From Candidatus Lustribacter sp. (lineage in GTDB: Bacteria > Vulcanimicrobiota > Vulcanimicrobiia > Vulcanimicrobiales > Vulcanimicrobiaceae), in the NCBI GenBank assembly GCA_965277805.1, contig OZ255842.1, forward strand, positions 5,024,001 to 5,088,000: a stretch of DNA of 64,000 nucleotides, written 5' to 3'. A model generated the notes under the pieces. It was not told where the DNA came from, ran no database searches, and saw only the letters and a list, made by a program, of their open reading frames with translations. A program made the translations under genes and the position numbers. Shown piece after piece: positions 1 through 10,489 of this stretch. Every line of letters starts with the position of its first letter. The first letter of the stretch is position 1.

Positions 1-2
1 TG

Positions 3-173
3 TTCAATACGAACCAAGCCCTCCTCGGCCGCGGCATCGAGTATGCCGGTACGCAACCGATCAACGGAACCGCTGCTCCGGGTGGCTACACCTACTCGGT
101 CGGCACTTACAATACGGCTCTCGTTGCGCCCCCGCCGTTCACGGTGCGGGCAACGCTCACGAAGAAGTTCTAG
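3..173 (+). CDS. 3' end of a TonB-dependent receptor (partial, begins before the window)
   Basis: Translates as FNTNQALLGRGIEYAG...PPPFTVRATLTKKF*. It aligns with the C-terminus of the next receptor (LGRGVEFQG...PGPFTMRFTLTKQF) and ends in the terminal Phe typical of beta-barrels. Confidence 0.85.
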   Translation, partial: FNTNQALLGRGIEYAGTQPINGTAAPGGYTYSVGTYNTALVAPPPFTVRATLTKKF

Positions 174-198
174 AACTTCTAGAGTCCTAGTCCAGCGG

Positions 199-230
199 AA
201 AGCCCGCCGTCATTGCGACGGCGGGCTTTT
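199..230 (+). terminator. Intrinsic terminator
   Basis: AAAGCCCGCCGTC-ATTGC-GACGGCGGGCTTTT hairpin after the receptor stop codon. Confidence 0.85.
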
Positions 231-384
231 CGAGTTAAGAAAGCCATAATGGCCTTCAGGCAATTCGTACGTCTGCTCTATATGGTACCGACAGAGTTCA
301 GAAATTGCACAGTAGCGGCGCCTTCTTTGGGCCTCGCTGTGTTTCCGTACTCCTTCACTCACTTCGTACCATCAAGGAGCATTC

Positions 385-3300
385 GTGCGCACCTTCATTC
401 GTGCGGCACTCGCTTCGCTCGTATCTTTGGTCATGCTCGCCGGACCCGTTAGCGCGGCGACGAGCCAGACCGTCACCGTAGCGCAAGCGATCCAAACGGG
501 AACCCTTACCGGCAATGTTGCCGGCGACACCGGCGCGGCCATTGCGAACGCGCAAGTCGTCATCGACGGCGCGGGACAGCATCAGACCGTCACCACCGAC
601 GACAGCGGCAATTTCACGGCGAACCTGCCGGCCGGTCTGTATACGGTCACCGTCGCCAAGGGCGGCTATCAGACCGGTTCGAGTGACGTCACCGTTGCAC
701 CGGGCACGTCCGTCAGCGTTAACGTCGCGCTGACCCCGGCCACACTCAGCAACCTCGGCGTCATCGGCCGGACGAGTTCGACTGCGGGCGCCGCAGCGAA
801 GTTCGACATCTCATCGACGCCGACGCAAACGATCACTCAAGATCAGATCCTCGAGCGCGATACGCCCGACCTGACGGCGGTGCTGCAAGAGCTGCCGGGC
901 GTCACGATCCCGCGCGCGACCTCGAATCCCAACCAAAGCTTCGTCGTGCGCGGCATGCGGTTCGAAACGAAGACGACGCTCGACGGTCACCCGGTTTCGT
1001 CGGGTACCCTCGGCGCGTTCTTGACGAACTATACGGCGTCGGGCATTTTCAGCAGCGTCGACGTCGTGAAGGGTGCCGGTTTGACCGGTGCCCTCGGCGG
1101 CGAATCGGGCATCGGTACCGTCAACTTGCACACGCCGGACTTCGGTAAGAACAGTGCGTACTTGCAAGGCGGCTTCGATAATTACGGCGGTACGACGTAC
1201 AACGCGATCGTCAAGCTGAACTTTTTACAGAACGACAAGCTCTCGTTCGTGTTCGGCCGCACCTTCGACGGTTATCGCGGACCGACGTACGGCGTCAACG
1301 AGCCCAACTTCACCGGCGGCACGCCGGCACTGGGAACGTTCAGTCCGCCGTCGGGTTTGACCAACGACATCATCTCGTACTACACCGACTTCAGCGACAC
1401 GTACAGCCTCAACGCCGAACTCGCAAAAATGCGCTACAAGTTCTCCGATGCGACGTCGCTGGCGTTCGAGTACTTGGGACTGCAAGGGCGTTTCGATCCG
1501 CAAGGCGGCGCCTACGGCCAATTCCTCGGCTACGCCAACGTGCCGCTCTGTCTCAACGGCGCGAGCGCGACTGCCACGACGTTCACGGTTCCCGGCACCA
1601 CCGCCGCGGCATGCGGTGCGGCGTCGGAATACAACACACCGGCCGCCGGAGCGCTCGGCCTGATCGGTGCGGGAAACACGCCGCTCTACGCGTTCTTCCC
1701 CGGTTCCGACGTGCGGCAGAACGCGCCGAACTTCAATGCGGAGTTCAAGACGACGCTCGGCAACGACACGATCCTGTTCCGTCCCTACACGGCGGCGATC
1801 AACCGTCTGATCGACGGCACGCAAGAAAACCAAGTCCCCGGCGACGCCGGCGCGTGGTTCGAAGTCACGAACTCGGCCAACTGTACGGCGGCATCGCATC
1901 TCCCCGGCGCCAACGGCACCATTCCCGCCGGCGGAACGACCGGGCCGTGTTTTGCTTCGAACGTTCTTCCTGGCGCGGCATACATCGTCGATCCGAATAC
2001 GCCGCACGTGTTCGCGACGACGGCTACACCGCTGGTCTGCACCGTTGCGACGCCGTGTTTCACGACGTCGACCGCGCAGAACAACGTCGGCCAGTATGGG
2101 TATGGCGCACCCTTCACGACGCTCGAGGTCGACAAGCTGTTCGGCTATACGTTCAGCTACATCCACCCCGTCGGCGCGAACGTCTTCAGCGCGACCTTCG
2201 ACCATTATCTCGATGACGCGACCGACCTCATCAACGACACCTCGCCGCTTGCGCCCGGTTGTTCGTTCGTGATCGGTTCGGGCGTCGCAAATACGCCCGG
2301 CGCGCCGGGTTCACAGGCGACCTGTCCGCTGACGGCGCTGCGTCCTTCACCGATCAGCGTACCGGAAACGCTCTCGTCGGTCAGCTCGCTCTCGCTGAGC
2401 GCGCAGATCCAGGTCACCTCGAAACTCGAGGCCGATTTCGCGGGCTACTTCACCTACTACAATATCGGCGCACAGCAAGAGAACCCCGCGGTGGCAGCGA
2501 TGTTCAACGCGCTCTTGGCGCCGTCGGGCCGCACCGGTGCGACACCGATCGTGCTATCGCCCGTCGTCAACTCGGCGTCGCACTTCGATCCGCACTTCGG
2601 CCTCGAGTACCGCCCGAACCGCGACCTCGCGTTCCGTTTTACGGCGGGTTCGTCGATGTCGATTCCCTATGCCTCGCTCGTATCGGGTTTCACCACGTAC
2701 GCGCAAGGTTCAACCAGCACGACGGTGACGACGCCGAATGCGGCGCTGCTGCCGGAGAAATCGTCAGCCTCGACCTCGGTGCCGATTGGCGCACGCCCGA
2801 CGGCACCGTGCTCTCGGGCGACATCTATAACGACGTGATCCACAACCCGTGGGTTCAGCCGAAAGTGCTGATCTGCCCGGGCGGCCCGGGCTGCAACGGT
2901 GGCGCGCTGGCCGGTCTCGAGCCGTCGCTCGCGACCTATACTCAGCAGACCGTCAACGGCGCACAACAGTACGCGCAAGGCATCGAGTTCTCGATCACGC
3001 ACGAACCCGCGGTCGGTTTCGGCTATCGCATCAACACCGCGTTCGAACGCAACTACTACTTGGACATGTCGCCGTCGTTCTTCCCGGCCGGCACGCCGGC
3101 GGTGGGCGCGACTCCGGCCGTTCCGGGTGCACCCCAGACGTTCTTCGACGGCAACCAATTCCAAAGCACGGGTTCGGGCAGCACGTCGGTCCCCTATGCC
3201 AAGGGATACGCCGAAATTCAGTACGCCACCAGCAACAAGGGACTGATCCGCTTCGGTGCCGACTACGAAGGCAACAACAACGAGTACAACGCGCCGGCGT

Positions 3301-3551
3301 TCTTCATCTTCGATGCGGGCGCCCGAGTGAACACCGGGTTCCATGACGTGCTCGCGGGCGTTGCCATCGAGAACCTCACGAACATGAACTTCGGCGCACA
3401 ACTGGGCCGCGGCGTTGAATTCCAAGGCGTCACGCCGATCGTGGCAGTCGCAACCCCCACCGGCTACGCCTACAGCAAGGGAACGTTCAACACGGCAATC
3501 GTCTCGCCGGGACCGTTCACGATGCGCTTCACGCTTACCAAGCAGTTCTAG
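385..3551 (+). pseudogene. TonB-dependent receptor with carboxypeptidase-regulatory-like N-domain, frameshifted near 2755-2760 (pseudogene or sequencing error)
   Basis: ORF 385..2838 has a signal peptide, a carboxypeptidase-regulatory-like domain and a plug (LQELPGV, LDGHPV, VDVVKG). It runs to LLPE and continues in another frame as IVSLDLGADWR...TKQF*. The paralog at 5117 reads VVPETSFGYDLGADWR. Confidence 0.85.
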
Positions 3552-3575
3552 TTACCGGCGTTTCGCTCAGGAGAA

Positions 3576-3616
3576 GATGGGCTCGTCGCACCTCGGTGCG
3601 GCGGGCCTGTTCTTTT
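3576..3616 (+). terminator. Intrinsic terminator
   Basis: GATGGGCTCGTCGCACC-TC-GGTGCGGCGGGCCTGTT hairpin followed by a T-tract. Confidence 0.65.
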
Positions 3617-3809
3617 GTCCAATCGCCGCTTCTCCACAGATTCACTAAGATTGCCGACGTTAGCAGGCTCTAAGTAGCTGTGGAAAAAAGCCGGGCAAGG
3701 GCCGTTCCCTGGGACGTTCCTTAAACTGCTATTCACCTTACTCCAGCATCATTGCGAACGGTCCGGCAGCCGGCCGGACATTCGCCCTTATGCTTTCCGA
3801 GGATTCTCG

Positions 3810-5078
3810 ATGCGCTTTCCCTTCGCGCTATCTGCCGCAGCCGTTGTTGCCATTGCAATCGCTGCATGTTCTGGTGGACAGCAGGTCCCCTACACTGCCC
3901 CGCCGTCCGGTAGCGCCGTTGCCTCGCCCGGACCGCTTGCGCTGACGGGCTATGGGCAAGCGCAGTCGGTCGGAACGGCGAGCGGCATTACCGGCACGCT
4001 GACGTATGTCGGCGGCACGGGCACCGTGACCGCGTCATCAAGCGCGACGGCGCCCGCGGGAACGACGACTGTTTCTCCGGTCGACAGAATTCGCGTCGAA
4101 GCGACGACGAGTCCCACGAGCCCGAACGTCTACTACGTGACGATTTCGAGCACGGCGGGTGCTACGCTGAACGGGCTGCCCCAAGTCAATTTGATGCTGG
4201 CATCGCCGGCGGTCGGGACGTTCCAAGAGGCCCAATTCAGCGGCGGCACCTGGGCGAATATCGCAGGTGCGACGCCCACGACGAACTCTGCCGGAACGGC
4301 CGTAACATTTCCGGCAACCACGAAGCCGGTTACGATTCCAGCGGGCGGATCGATTTATCTCGCTTTCTATCAAGGAACGTATCCGCAAGCGACGCCGGCC
4401 GGACAGCTCGCTAACAACGTTCTCGCTGATCCCGGCTTCGAGAATACGGCCGGCGCGTATGGCTCTGCGGTGACGTCGACGGGGTGGACCGTTTGCTCGA
4501 TCACCGCGGCGGCAGGCACCGCAGCGCCTCCGGCAAGCCGGCCGTTCTCGACCTTTACGCCAATTCCGGGCTCCGCGCCGGGCGCCGCCATCGAAGCAAA
4601 CGGCACGTCGGTTCCGCAAGGGACGGGGACCCCGCATCCGACGCAGACGACCGTACCGGTTCATAGCGGTAACAGTGCCGCTGTATTCGGCGGCGTGTTC
4701 TCGACGTATGCGATGGCAGACTACGCCTACAACGGGCTTTGCCAACAAGTGAAGATTCCGAGTAATCCGGCTGCATCGCTCTATGTATGGGCCAACGGAA
4801 CGGAAAACTCGCTGGCCTACCTTGGCTTCGATGTAGACGTGCTCGACACGACCGGCAAATTCATGGCCAATCTCGTGGATGAAAATCAGATCGCCCTGAC
4901 GCCGCCCGGCGATTCCGCGTGGCGCCAGCTCACGATTCCCACCAGTTCGTTGTCGGCCTATAGCGGACAAACCGTCGAGATATTCGTCGGCATCTGGACC
5001 AAGGCGGGCAGCACATCGAACTCGACGACGTTTAGCGGTCTCTACTTCGTCGATGACTTCAATATCACGGGATCCTAA
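3810..5078 (+). CDS. Lipoprotein with a possible C-terminal carbohydrate-binding jelly-roll domain
   Basis: Lipobox IAAC, GAGGA RBS, Thr/Pro/Gly-rich sequence. NVLADPGFE...VDDFNI resembles CBM/galactose-binding-like domains. Confidence 0.7.
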   Translation: MRFPFALSAAAVVAIAIAACSGGQQVPYTAPPSGSAVASPGPLALTGYGQAQSVGTASGITGTLTYVGGTGTVTASSSATAPAGTTTVSPVDRIRVEATTSPTSPNVYYVTISSTAGATLNGLPQVNLMLASPAVGTFQEAQFSGGTWANIAGATPTTNSAGTAVTFPATTKPVTIPAGGSIYLAFYQGTYPQATPAGQLANNVLADPGFENTAGAYGSAVTSTGWTVCSITAAAGTAAPPASRPFSTFTPIPGSAPGAAIEANGTSVPQGTGTPHPTQTTVPVHSGNSAAVFGGVFSTYAMADYAYNGLCQQVKIPSNPAASLYVWANGTENSLAYLGFDVDVLDTTGKFMANLVDENQIALTPPGDSAWRQLTIPTSSLSAYSGQTVEIFVGIWTKAGSTSNSTTFSGLYFVDDFNITGS

Positions 5079-5116
5079 TCGTGGCCATTAACGCACCTCG
5101 CCCTCAAGGAACGCTC

Positions 5117-7939
5117 GTGCAAAAACTCTCTCGCATCATCGGTATCGTGATGCTCGCGGTGATGATCGGTCAGCCGATCGCCGTCATCCCGGCCTTCGCT
5201 CAGGAAACCGCCACCCTGTCGGGCGTCGTTCTCGACGCGGCGAGTAACCCGATCGCGGGCGCGACGATCATTATCAGCGGCCCGGCGACGGTTACGACGA
5301 AATCCGATACCGACGGACACTACACGGCGACCGTGCCCGAAGGCATCTACCGGATTCTCGTCCGCTCGGCCGGCTATTCCGACTCGACCGATGACGGCGT
5401 CACGGTGACGGCGGACGGGTTGAAGCTCGACGTGCGCCTGGCCCGGCCGACGCTCTCGAGCTTGCAGACGATCGGCACCGTGCGCAGCGCCGGCGGTCAG
5501 GGCGGCGGCCCGGCGTTCAACCCGACGGCGGTCGCGCAGAGCAACATCGGCGCGCCGACCTTTGAGAACCAGGGCGACGTCGGCGTGCGCGATATCCTCG
5601 ATGAAACGCCCGGTATCGTTGATTCAGCTTCCAACGGCTCGGCCAACGGCGGCGTGCGCGGTGCGATCACGTACCCCACGATTCGCGGCGGCCTCTCGTA
5701 CGAAACGGCATCGCTGATCGACGGCCACCCGGTCTCGGTCGGTAAATTCGGCGACTACGTCACGACGTTCCTCAACCGCTACATGTTCGAGTCGATCGAG
5801 GTCGCAAAGGGCCCCGGCTCAATGCCCAACCAGATCACGCGTTCGGTCAACGGTACCGTGAACTTCAAAACGTGGGATCCGACGCGCGACCTGAGCGGCA
5901 ACGCAGAATTCGGTGTCGACGGCTTCGGGGGCAAGTACGGCACCTTCCGCGTTTCCGACACCGTGCTCAACGGCAAGCTCGGCTTCGTGGTCGCGTACGC
6001 CGGTGAAGGTACGCCCGGCGCGGCCGGCGTCGCCAATCCCAGCGACTTCATCGCAGCGCTGAGCAACGTGAGCTACACCAATTCAGCCGGAGTGCCGGTG
6101 ACGGTCGGCGGCACGACGGCAACCCATCCGCCGAATGCATTCAACACGACGGCGACCAGCCAGACCACCAGCACGATCGGCTGCTGTATCTCAATGCCGA
6201 CGTTCTACCATAACAACAGCGAACTCGCCAAACTGCGGTTCAATTTCTCCGACGTCACGTCGTTTACGGCCACGATGCTCGCGAGCCAAACGACCGCCTC
6301 GCAAAACGGCAACGTCCAGAACCTCAACAACGTCAACTTTACCCCGGCGATTCCGAATGCGTCGATCGCGAGCGGCCATCAGCTTGCGTTCTTCCCGTTC
6401 AACGACAACTTCGCCCAAGATTACGAAGTCAACAACGAGCCGTTCTTCTCCGGCGAGTTGCGTACGCAGTGGAAGAACGACAACATCCTGGGGCGCTTTT
6501 ACAGCGCGTCGATCAACCGGCTGCAGACAAATGGCGATCCGACCAACACACCTTTCTCGCTGCCGGTATACCTCTACGGTACCGATGCGGCGGGCGCGCC
6601 CCTCAACGGCGTCGACTCCTTCGGTAATCCCTACATCGCGACGATCTCGAGCCCGCTCTTCACGACCGACGAGCAGGACAACCTGATCGGCTATACGTTC
6701 GAATACGATCACTCGCTCGGCACTTCCGGAAACGTTATCTCGTTCGCGGTCGACGAGAACTATTCGTGGACGCACGTGTACACGCCGGGTATGCCCGACT
6801 CGTCGAGCACGAGCAACATTCCGGCCGGTTCCGCGCAGAACACCGGCACCTATTCGCTGAAGGGAAATTTTCAGATCGGCTCGCGCCTCACGGCGACCGC
6901 AGCGTACTATATGACGCGGTTCGACACGCATTATCCGATCTTTACCGGTGGGGCCAACACGATCTCGTTCAACGACAACATCTTCTGGCATGACGACGAA
7001 CGGCTCGGCCTCGCATATCGGATCAACCACGATGCAAGCCTGCGCTTCTCGGCCGGCTCCGCGCTCGTGCCGCCCTTCCTCGGCATCCTCGCGGGCGCGG
7101 CCGGAAACCCGGCGCTATGCACGGCATCGACGTGTCCGGCGGGTATTCAGCCCGGGGCCGCGGCCGTCAACTCCGTGGGCGGCGTCAACGTCGTGCCTGA
7201 GACATCGTTTGGTTACGACCTCGGTGCGGATTGGCGCCTGGGATCCTACATGCCCGACACCGTCGTCAGCGGCGATGTCTACCTCACGAACCTGCATAAC
7301 CAGTTCTTGAAGTCGATCTTCCCGAACGGCACCGTCCCGCTAGGACCGGGCGGGGCGGCGATTCCGCTCTACACGACGGCGTTCGGTAACCTCGCCGACG
7401 CGCGGTATGAAGGCATCGAGCTCAAGATCGAACACGCGCCGCGGACGGGTGTCGGTTACGCCGTCCAAGGCGCGCTGCTGCGCGGTTACCCGTATAACGT
7501 TCCGCCGAGCATCTATCAGTTCAACGCCGCCGGCCAGGCGACGTCGAACGCCAGCGTTGTTTCGGGCGTGAACTTCGGCCCGACGACGTTGCTCTCATCG
7601 GGCGGTTCGGCGATTCCGTACTCGCAGGGTTACGTGGAACTCAACTACCACGCGAACGGCGGCTGGTATGCCAACGCCGGCATGATCTACTACGGCCCGA
7701 ACAACACGTTCAACGAGCCGGCCTTCGAGATCACGCGCGGCACGATTCGGGTTCCGCTCCACAACAAGAACTCGTACGTTCAGCTCGCGGTCGACAACAT
7801 CTTCAACATCAACGCGGAGATCTTCGACGTCGCGGGTTCGGGCGTCGTGAGCCCGGCCATCAACGGCCAGTTCGTCACGACCAACCTCAAGGGCTACGGT
7901 CCGCGCAACATCCATTTGGTGCTCGCCCACAACTTCTAG
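5117..7939 (+). CDS. TonB-dependent receptor
   Basis: Signal peptide, carboxypeptidase-regulatory-like domain, plug (LDETPGI, IDGHPV, IEVAKGPG), terminal Phe. AAGGA RBS before GTG at 5117. Confidence 0.9.
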   Translation: MQKLSRIIGIVMLAVMIGQPIAVIPAFAQETATLSGVVLDAASNPIAGATIIISGPATVTTKSDTDGHYTATVPEGIYRILVRSAGYSDSTDDGVTVTADGLKLDVRLARPTLSSLQTIGTVRSAGGQGGGPAFNPTAVAQSNIGAPTFENQGDVGVRDILDETPGIVDSASNGSANGGVRGAITYPTIRGGLSYETASLIDGHPVSVGKFGDYVTTFLNRYMFESIEVAKGPGSMPNQITRSVNGTVNFKTWDPTRDLSGNAEFGVDGFGGKYGTFRVSDTVLNGKLGFVVAYAGEGTPGAAGVANPSDFIAALSNVSYTNSAGVPVTVGGTTATHPPNAFNTTATSQTTSTIGCCISMPTFYHNNSELAKLRFNFSDVTSFTATMLASQTTASQNGNVQNLNNVNFTPAIPNASIASGHQLAFFPFNDNFAQDYEVNNEPFFSGELRTQWKNDNILGRFYSASINRLQTNGDPTNTPFSLPVYLYGTDAAGAPLNGVDSFGNPYIATISSPLFTTDEQDNLIGYTFEYDHSLGTSGNVISFAVDENYSWTHVYTPGMPDSSSTSNIPAGSAQNTGTYSLKGNFQIGSRLTATAAYYMTRFDTHYPIFTGGANTISFNDNIFWHDDERLGLAYRINHDASLRFSAGSALVPPFLGILAGAAGNPALCTASTCPAGIQPGAAAVNSVGGVNVVPETSFGYDLGADWRLGSYMPDTVVSGDVYLTNLHNQFLKSIFPNGTVPLGPGGAAIPLYTTAFGNLADARYEGIELKIEHAPRTGVGYAVQGALLRGYPYNVPPSIYQFNAAGQATSNASVVSGVNFGPTTLLSSGGSAIPYSQGYVELNYHANGGWYANAGMIYYGPNNTFNEPAFEITRGTIRVPLHNKNSYVQLAVDNIFNINAEIFDVAGSGVVSPAINGQFVTTNLKGYGPRNIHLVLAHNF

Positions 7940-7952
7940 ACGGGCGTCGCCG

Positions 7953-7990
7953 AAAAGAAGAAGAGACGGTCTCGCGACCGTCTCTTTTTT
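7953..7990. terminator. Bidirectional intrinsic terminator
   Basis: AAAAGAAGAAGAGACGGTC-TCGC-GACCGTCTCTTTTTT between convergent genes. Confidence 0.85.
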
Positions 7991-8009
7991 CGCGCTTTGC
8001 TCTCAGCGT

Positions 8010-8363
8010 TTAATGCAGCTGGATCGTCGGCTTGACGCTCGTACCGCTGAACGCTTCTTCGAGCACGGTTTGCAGCTCGCCGTTTTGCGCCATCGGCGCG
8101 AGGATGTCCGTGTCGCCGAAGAACTGGCCTTTGATGAACACCTTGGGCAGCGTCGGCCAGTCGGTCATTTCGGCCAGGGCCGCGCGCTTGGGCATGTTCT
8201 CGAGCACGTTCACCACTTCGAACGGGTAGCCGAAGTGATTGAAGAACTGGATCGTCTCGAGCGTGAAGCCGCACAACGGCGCGTCTTTGGTGCCTTTGCC
8301 GTAGACGAGAATGGTGTTGTCGGCGATTTCACGTTCGATCTCGCTGCGGATCGGGTCGGACAT
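8010..8363 (-). CDS. grxD: Monothiol glutaredoxin (Grx4 family)
   Basis: KGTKDAPLCGFT and WPTLPKVFI motifs; adjacent to bolA. Confidence 0.9.
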   Translation of the reverse strand: MSDPIRSEIEREIADNTILVYGKGTKDAPLCGFTLETIQFFNHFGYPFEVVNVLENMPKRAALAEMTDWPTLPKVFIKGQFFGDTDILAPMAQNGELQTVLEEAFSGTSVKPTIQLH

Positions 8364-8600
8364 TTAAGTCTCCAGTAGGTCGGTGCGAATGGCCAAGGCG
8401 TGGATGCGCCCATCGTCGCGTGCCGGTTTGAGCGTCTTCTCGACCAGCCGGTGCCGGTCGAGGAGCGACTTCCCCGCAAACGCGTTCGACCGTATCAACA
8501 CATCGAAATGGTCCATGGTGCCGGTCCGGTCCCAGATCTGGACCTCGGCGTCGGGCAGGGCTGCGCGGATCATGGCGACCATCGTCGCTTCCTCGATCAT
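8364..8600 (-). CDS. bolA: BolA/IbaG family protein
   Basis: HFDVLIRSNAFAGKSLLDRHRLV...IHALAIRT is the BolA signature; 78 aa. Confidence 0.9.
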   Translation of the reverse strand: MIEEATMVAMIRAALPDAEVQIWDRTGTMDHFDVLIRSNAFAGKSLLDRHRLVEKTLKPARDDGRIHALAIRTDLLET

Positions 8601-8605
8601 ATGCC

Positions 8606-8827
8606 CTAGGGTTTGAGGGTGCGGGCATCGCGACCCGCATCGACCAGGTTCTTGAGCTCGCGGATCGTCTCCGGAAGCATGGGGGCGATCGTCCGGAACG
8701 AGCGCGCCACGCCCGTCGCCAGCACGATGCTCGCTACGCCGAAGAGGATCGCCGGGACGCCCATGGCGCGGACGCGCCCGATTCGCAGCCGTGAGGCCCG
8801 CAAAACGCGCGCCGCATCGAATTCCAT
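8606..8827 (-). CDS. Small membrane protein, hypothetical (73 aa)
   Basis: MEFDAARVLR... with one hydrophobic helix; co-directional with and 5 bp from bolA. Confidence 0.6.
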   Translation of the reverse strand: MEFDAARVLRASRLRIGRVRAMGVPAILFGVASIVLATGVARSFRTIAPMLPETIRELKNLVDAGRDARTLKP

Positions 8828-8866
8828 AGCGGCGGGTGCGTCGGGGCGGCCTGCGAATCCTCGCGC

Positions 8867-10480
8867 ATGACGAAAACGGATGCTTTCCGATGGGACGTGC
8901 CGGCGGCATTCAATTTCACGCGCGACGTGATCGACACGCTCGCGGCGAGCGACCGGCGCGGCTTGCTCTTCGTCGATGCCGCCGGGGTGCGGCACGAGTA
9001 TACGTTCGCTGAGATTGCCGATCTGTCGGGGCGCTGGGCGGCGGCGCTGCGCGACCAAGGCATCGGTCACGGCGATCACGTGATCGTGGTTTTGCCGAAG
9101 ACGCCGCAGTGGCTGTTCGCTATGCTCGCGCTGCTGCGTTTGGGCGCGGTGGCGATTCCGGGCGCGGAACAGCTGCGGGCCAAGGACTTGCTCTATCGCG
9201 CCGTGCACGGCGACGCGACGGCGGTGATCGCGCAACTCGCCAATGCCGATGAAGTCGACGCAATCCGCGCGCAGGCGCCCAACGTGATGCGCTATCTCCT
9301 CGTCGGCGGCGAGTGCGAGGGCTGGACGGCGATGCACCCGCTCGTTGCGAGCGCGCAGTTCTTCGCCGGCCATCCGACGGCCGCGACCGACGATGCGTAC
9401 ATCGTCTACACCAGCGGCACGACGAAGGATCCCAAAGGCGTGGTGCACCGCGTTGCGTACACGTTCGCGAAGCGCTCGCAAGCGGCGATCTGGTTCGATT
9501 GCACGCCGGACGATCTCGTATGGAGCACGGCCGGTACGGGCTGGGCGAAGTCGCTGTGGAACGTGCTGCTCGGACCGTGGTCGTGCGGGTCGTGCATCGT
9601 GCTGCACGAAGGCGCATTCGTACCCGAAGAGCGCATGAACCTCATTCGCGACCTCGAGGTCACGGTGCTGTGCCAAGCGCCGACCGAGTACCGGCTCGAA
9701 GCGAAGCTGCCCGACCTCGGCACGCGCTGGAAGCTGCCGAAGCTGCGCCACTGCGTCTCGGCCGGCGAGCCGCTCAATCCCGAGGTGCTCGCGCGCTGGC
9801 GCGATGCGTTCGGGCTGACGATTCTCGACGGCTACGGTCAAACCGAGAACTCGCTGCTCGTTGCGAACGTGCGCGGCATGGACGTGCGGCCGGGCTCGAT
9901 GGGCAAGCCCACGCCGGGGCACGACGTCGCGGTGATCGACGCCGAGGGCAATCCCTGCGAAATCGGCGTGGTCGGCGACATCGCGCTGCGCGGCGCGCCG
10001 CCGACGCAATTCACCGGCTACTACAAGAACGACGAGGAGACGCGCGCGGCGCACCGCGGCGAGTGGTACCTCACCGGCGATCGCGCGCAGCTCGACGACG
10101 ACGGCTACTTCTGGTTCGTCGGCCGTTCGGACGACGTGATCTCATCGGGCGCGTATCGCATCGGGCCATTCGAAGTGGAGAGCGCGCTGCTCGAGCATCC
10201 GGCCGTGCTCGAATCCGCCGTCGTCGGATCGCCCGACGCGGATCGCGGCAACGTCGTCAAAGCGTTCGTCGTGCTGCGTCCGGGTTATAGCGGCGACGCG
10301 GCGCTGGTGCGCGAACTGCAGGATCATTGCAAGCGCGTGACCGCGCCGTACAAGTACCCGCGCGAAATCGAGTTCATCGACGAACTTCCGAAGACGCGCT
10401 CGGGTAAGATCCGGCGGATCGAATTGCGCCAAGCGGAATTGTTCAAAAAAGGCGCCACCGCCGCCAGCGGTTTCGTGTAA
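8867..10480 (+). CDS. Acyl-CoA synthetase (medium-chain ACSM-like)
   Basis: YTSGTTKDPKG, YGQTE, TGD, GRSDD and PKTRSGK adenylation motifs. Confidence 0.92.
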   Translation: MTKTDAFRWDVPAAFNFTRDVIDTLAASDRRGLLFVDAAGVRHEYTFAEIADLSGRWAAALRDQGIGHGDHVIVVLPKTPQWLFAMLALLRLGAVAIPGAEQLRAKDLLYRAVHGDATAVIAQLANADEVDAIRAQAPNVMRYLLVGGECEGWTAMHPLVASAQFFAGHPTAATDDAYIVYTSGTTKDPKGVVHRVAYTFAKRSQAAIWFDCTPDDLVWSTAGTGWAKSLWNVLLGPWSCGSCIVLHEGAFVPEERMNLIRDLEVTVLCQAPTEYRLEAKLPDLGTRWKLPKLRHCVSAGEPLNPEVLARWRDAFGLTILDGYGQTENSLLVANVRGMDVRPGSMGKPTPGHDVAVIDAEGNPCEIGVVGDIALRGAPPTQFTGYYKNDEETRAAHRGEWYLTGDRAQLDDDGYFWFVGRSDDVISSGAYRIGPFEVESALLEHPAVLESAVVGSPDADRGNVVKAFVVLRPGYSGDAALVRELQDHCKRVTAPYKYPREIEFIDELPKTRSGKIRRIELRQAELFKKGATAASGFV

Positions 10481-10489
10481 GGAGCCCGT

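Noticed and set aside
163-180. Perfect 18-bp palindrome AGAAGTTCTAGAACTTCT over a stop codon
   Set aside because: Single occurrence next to a real terminator; no evidence that it is an operator.
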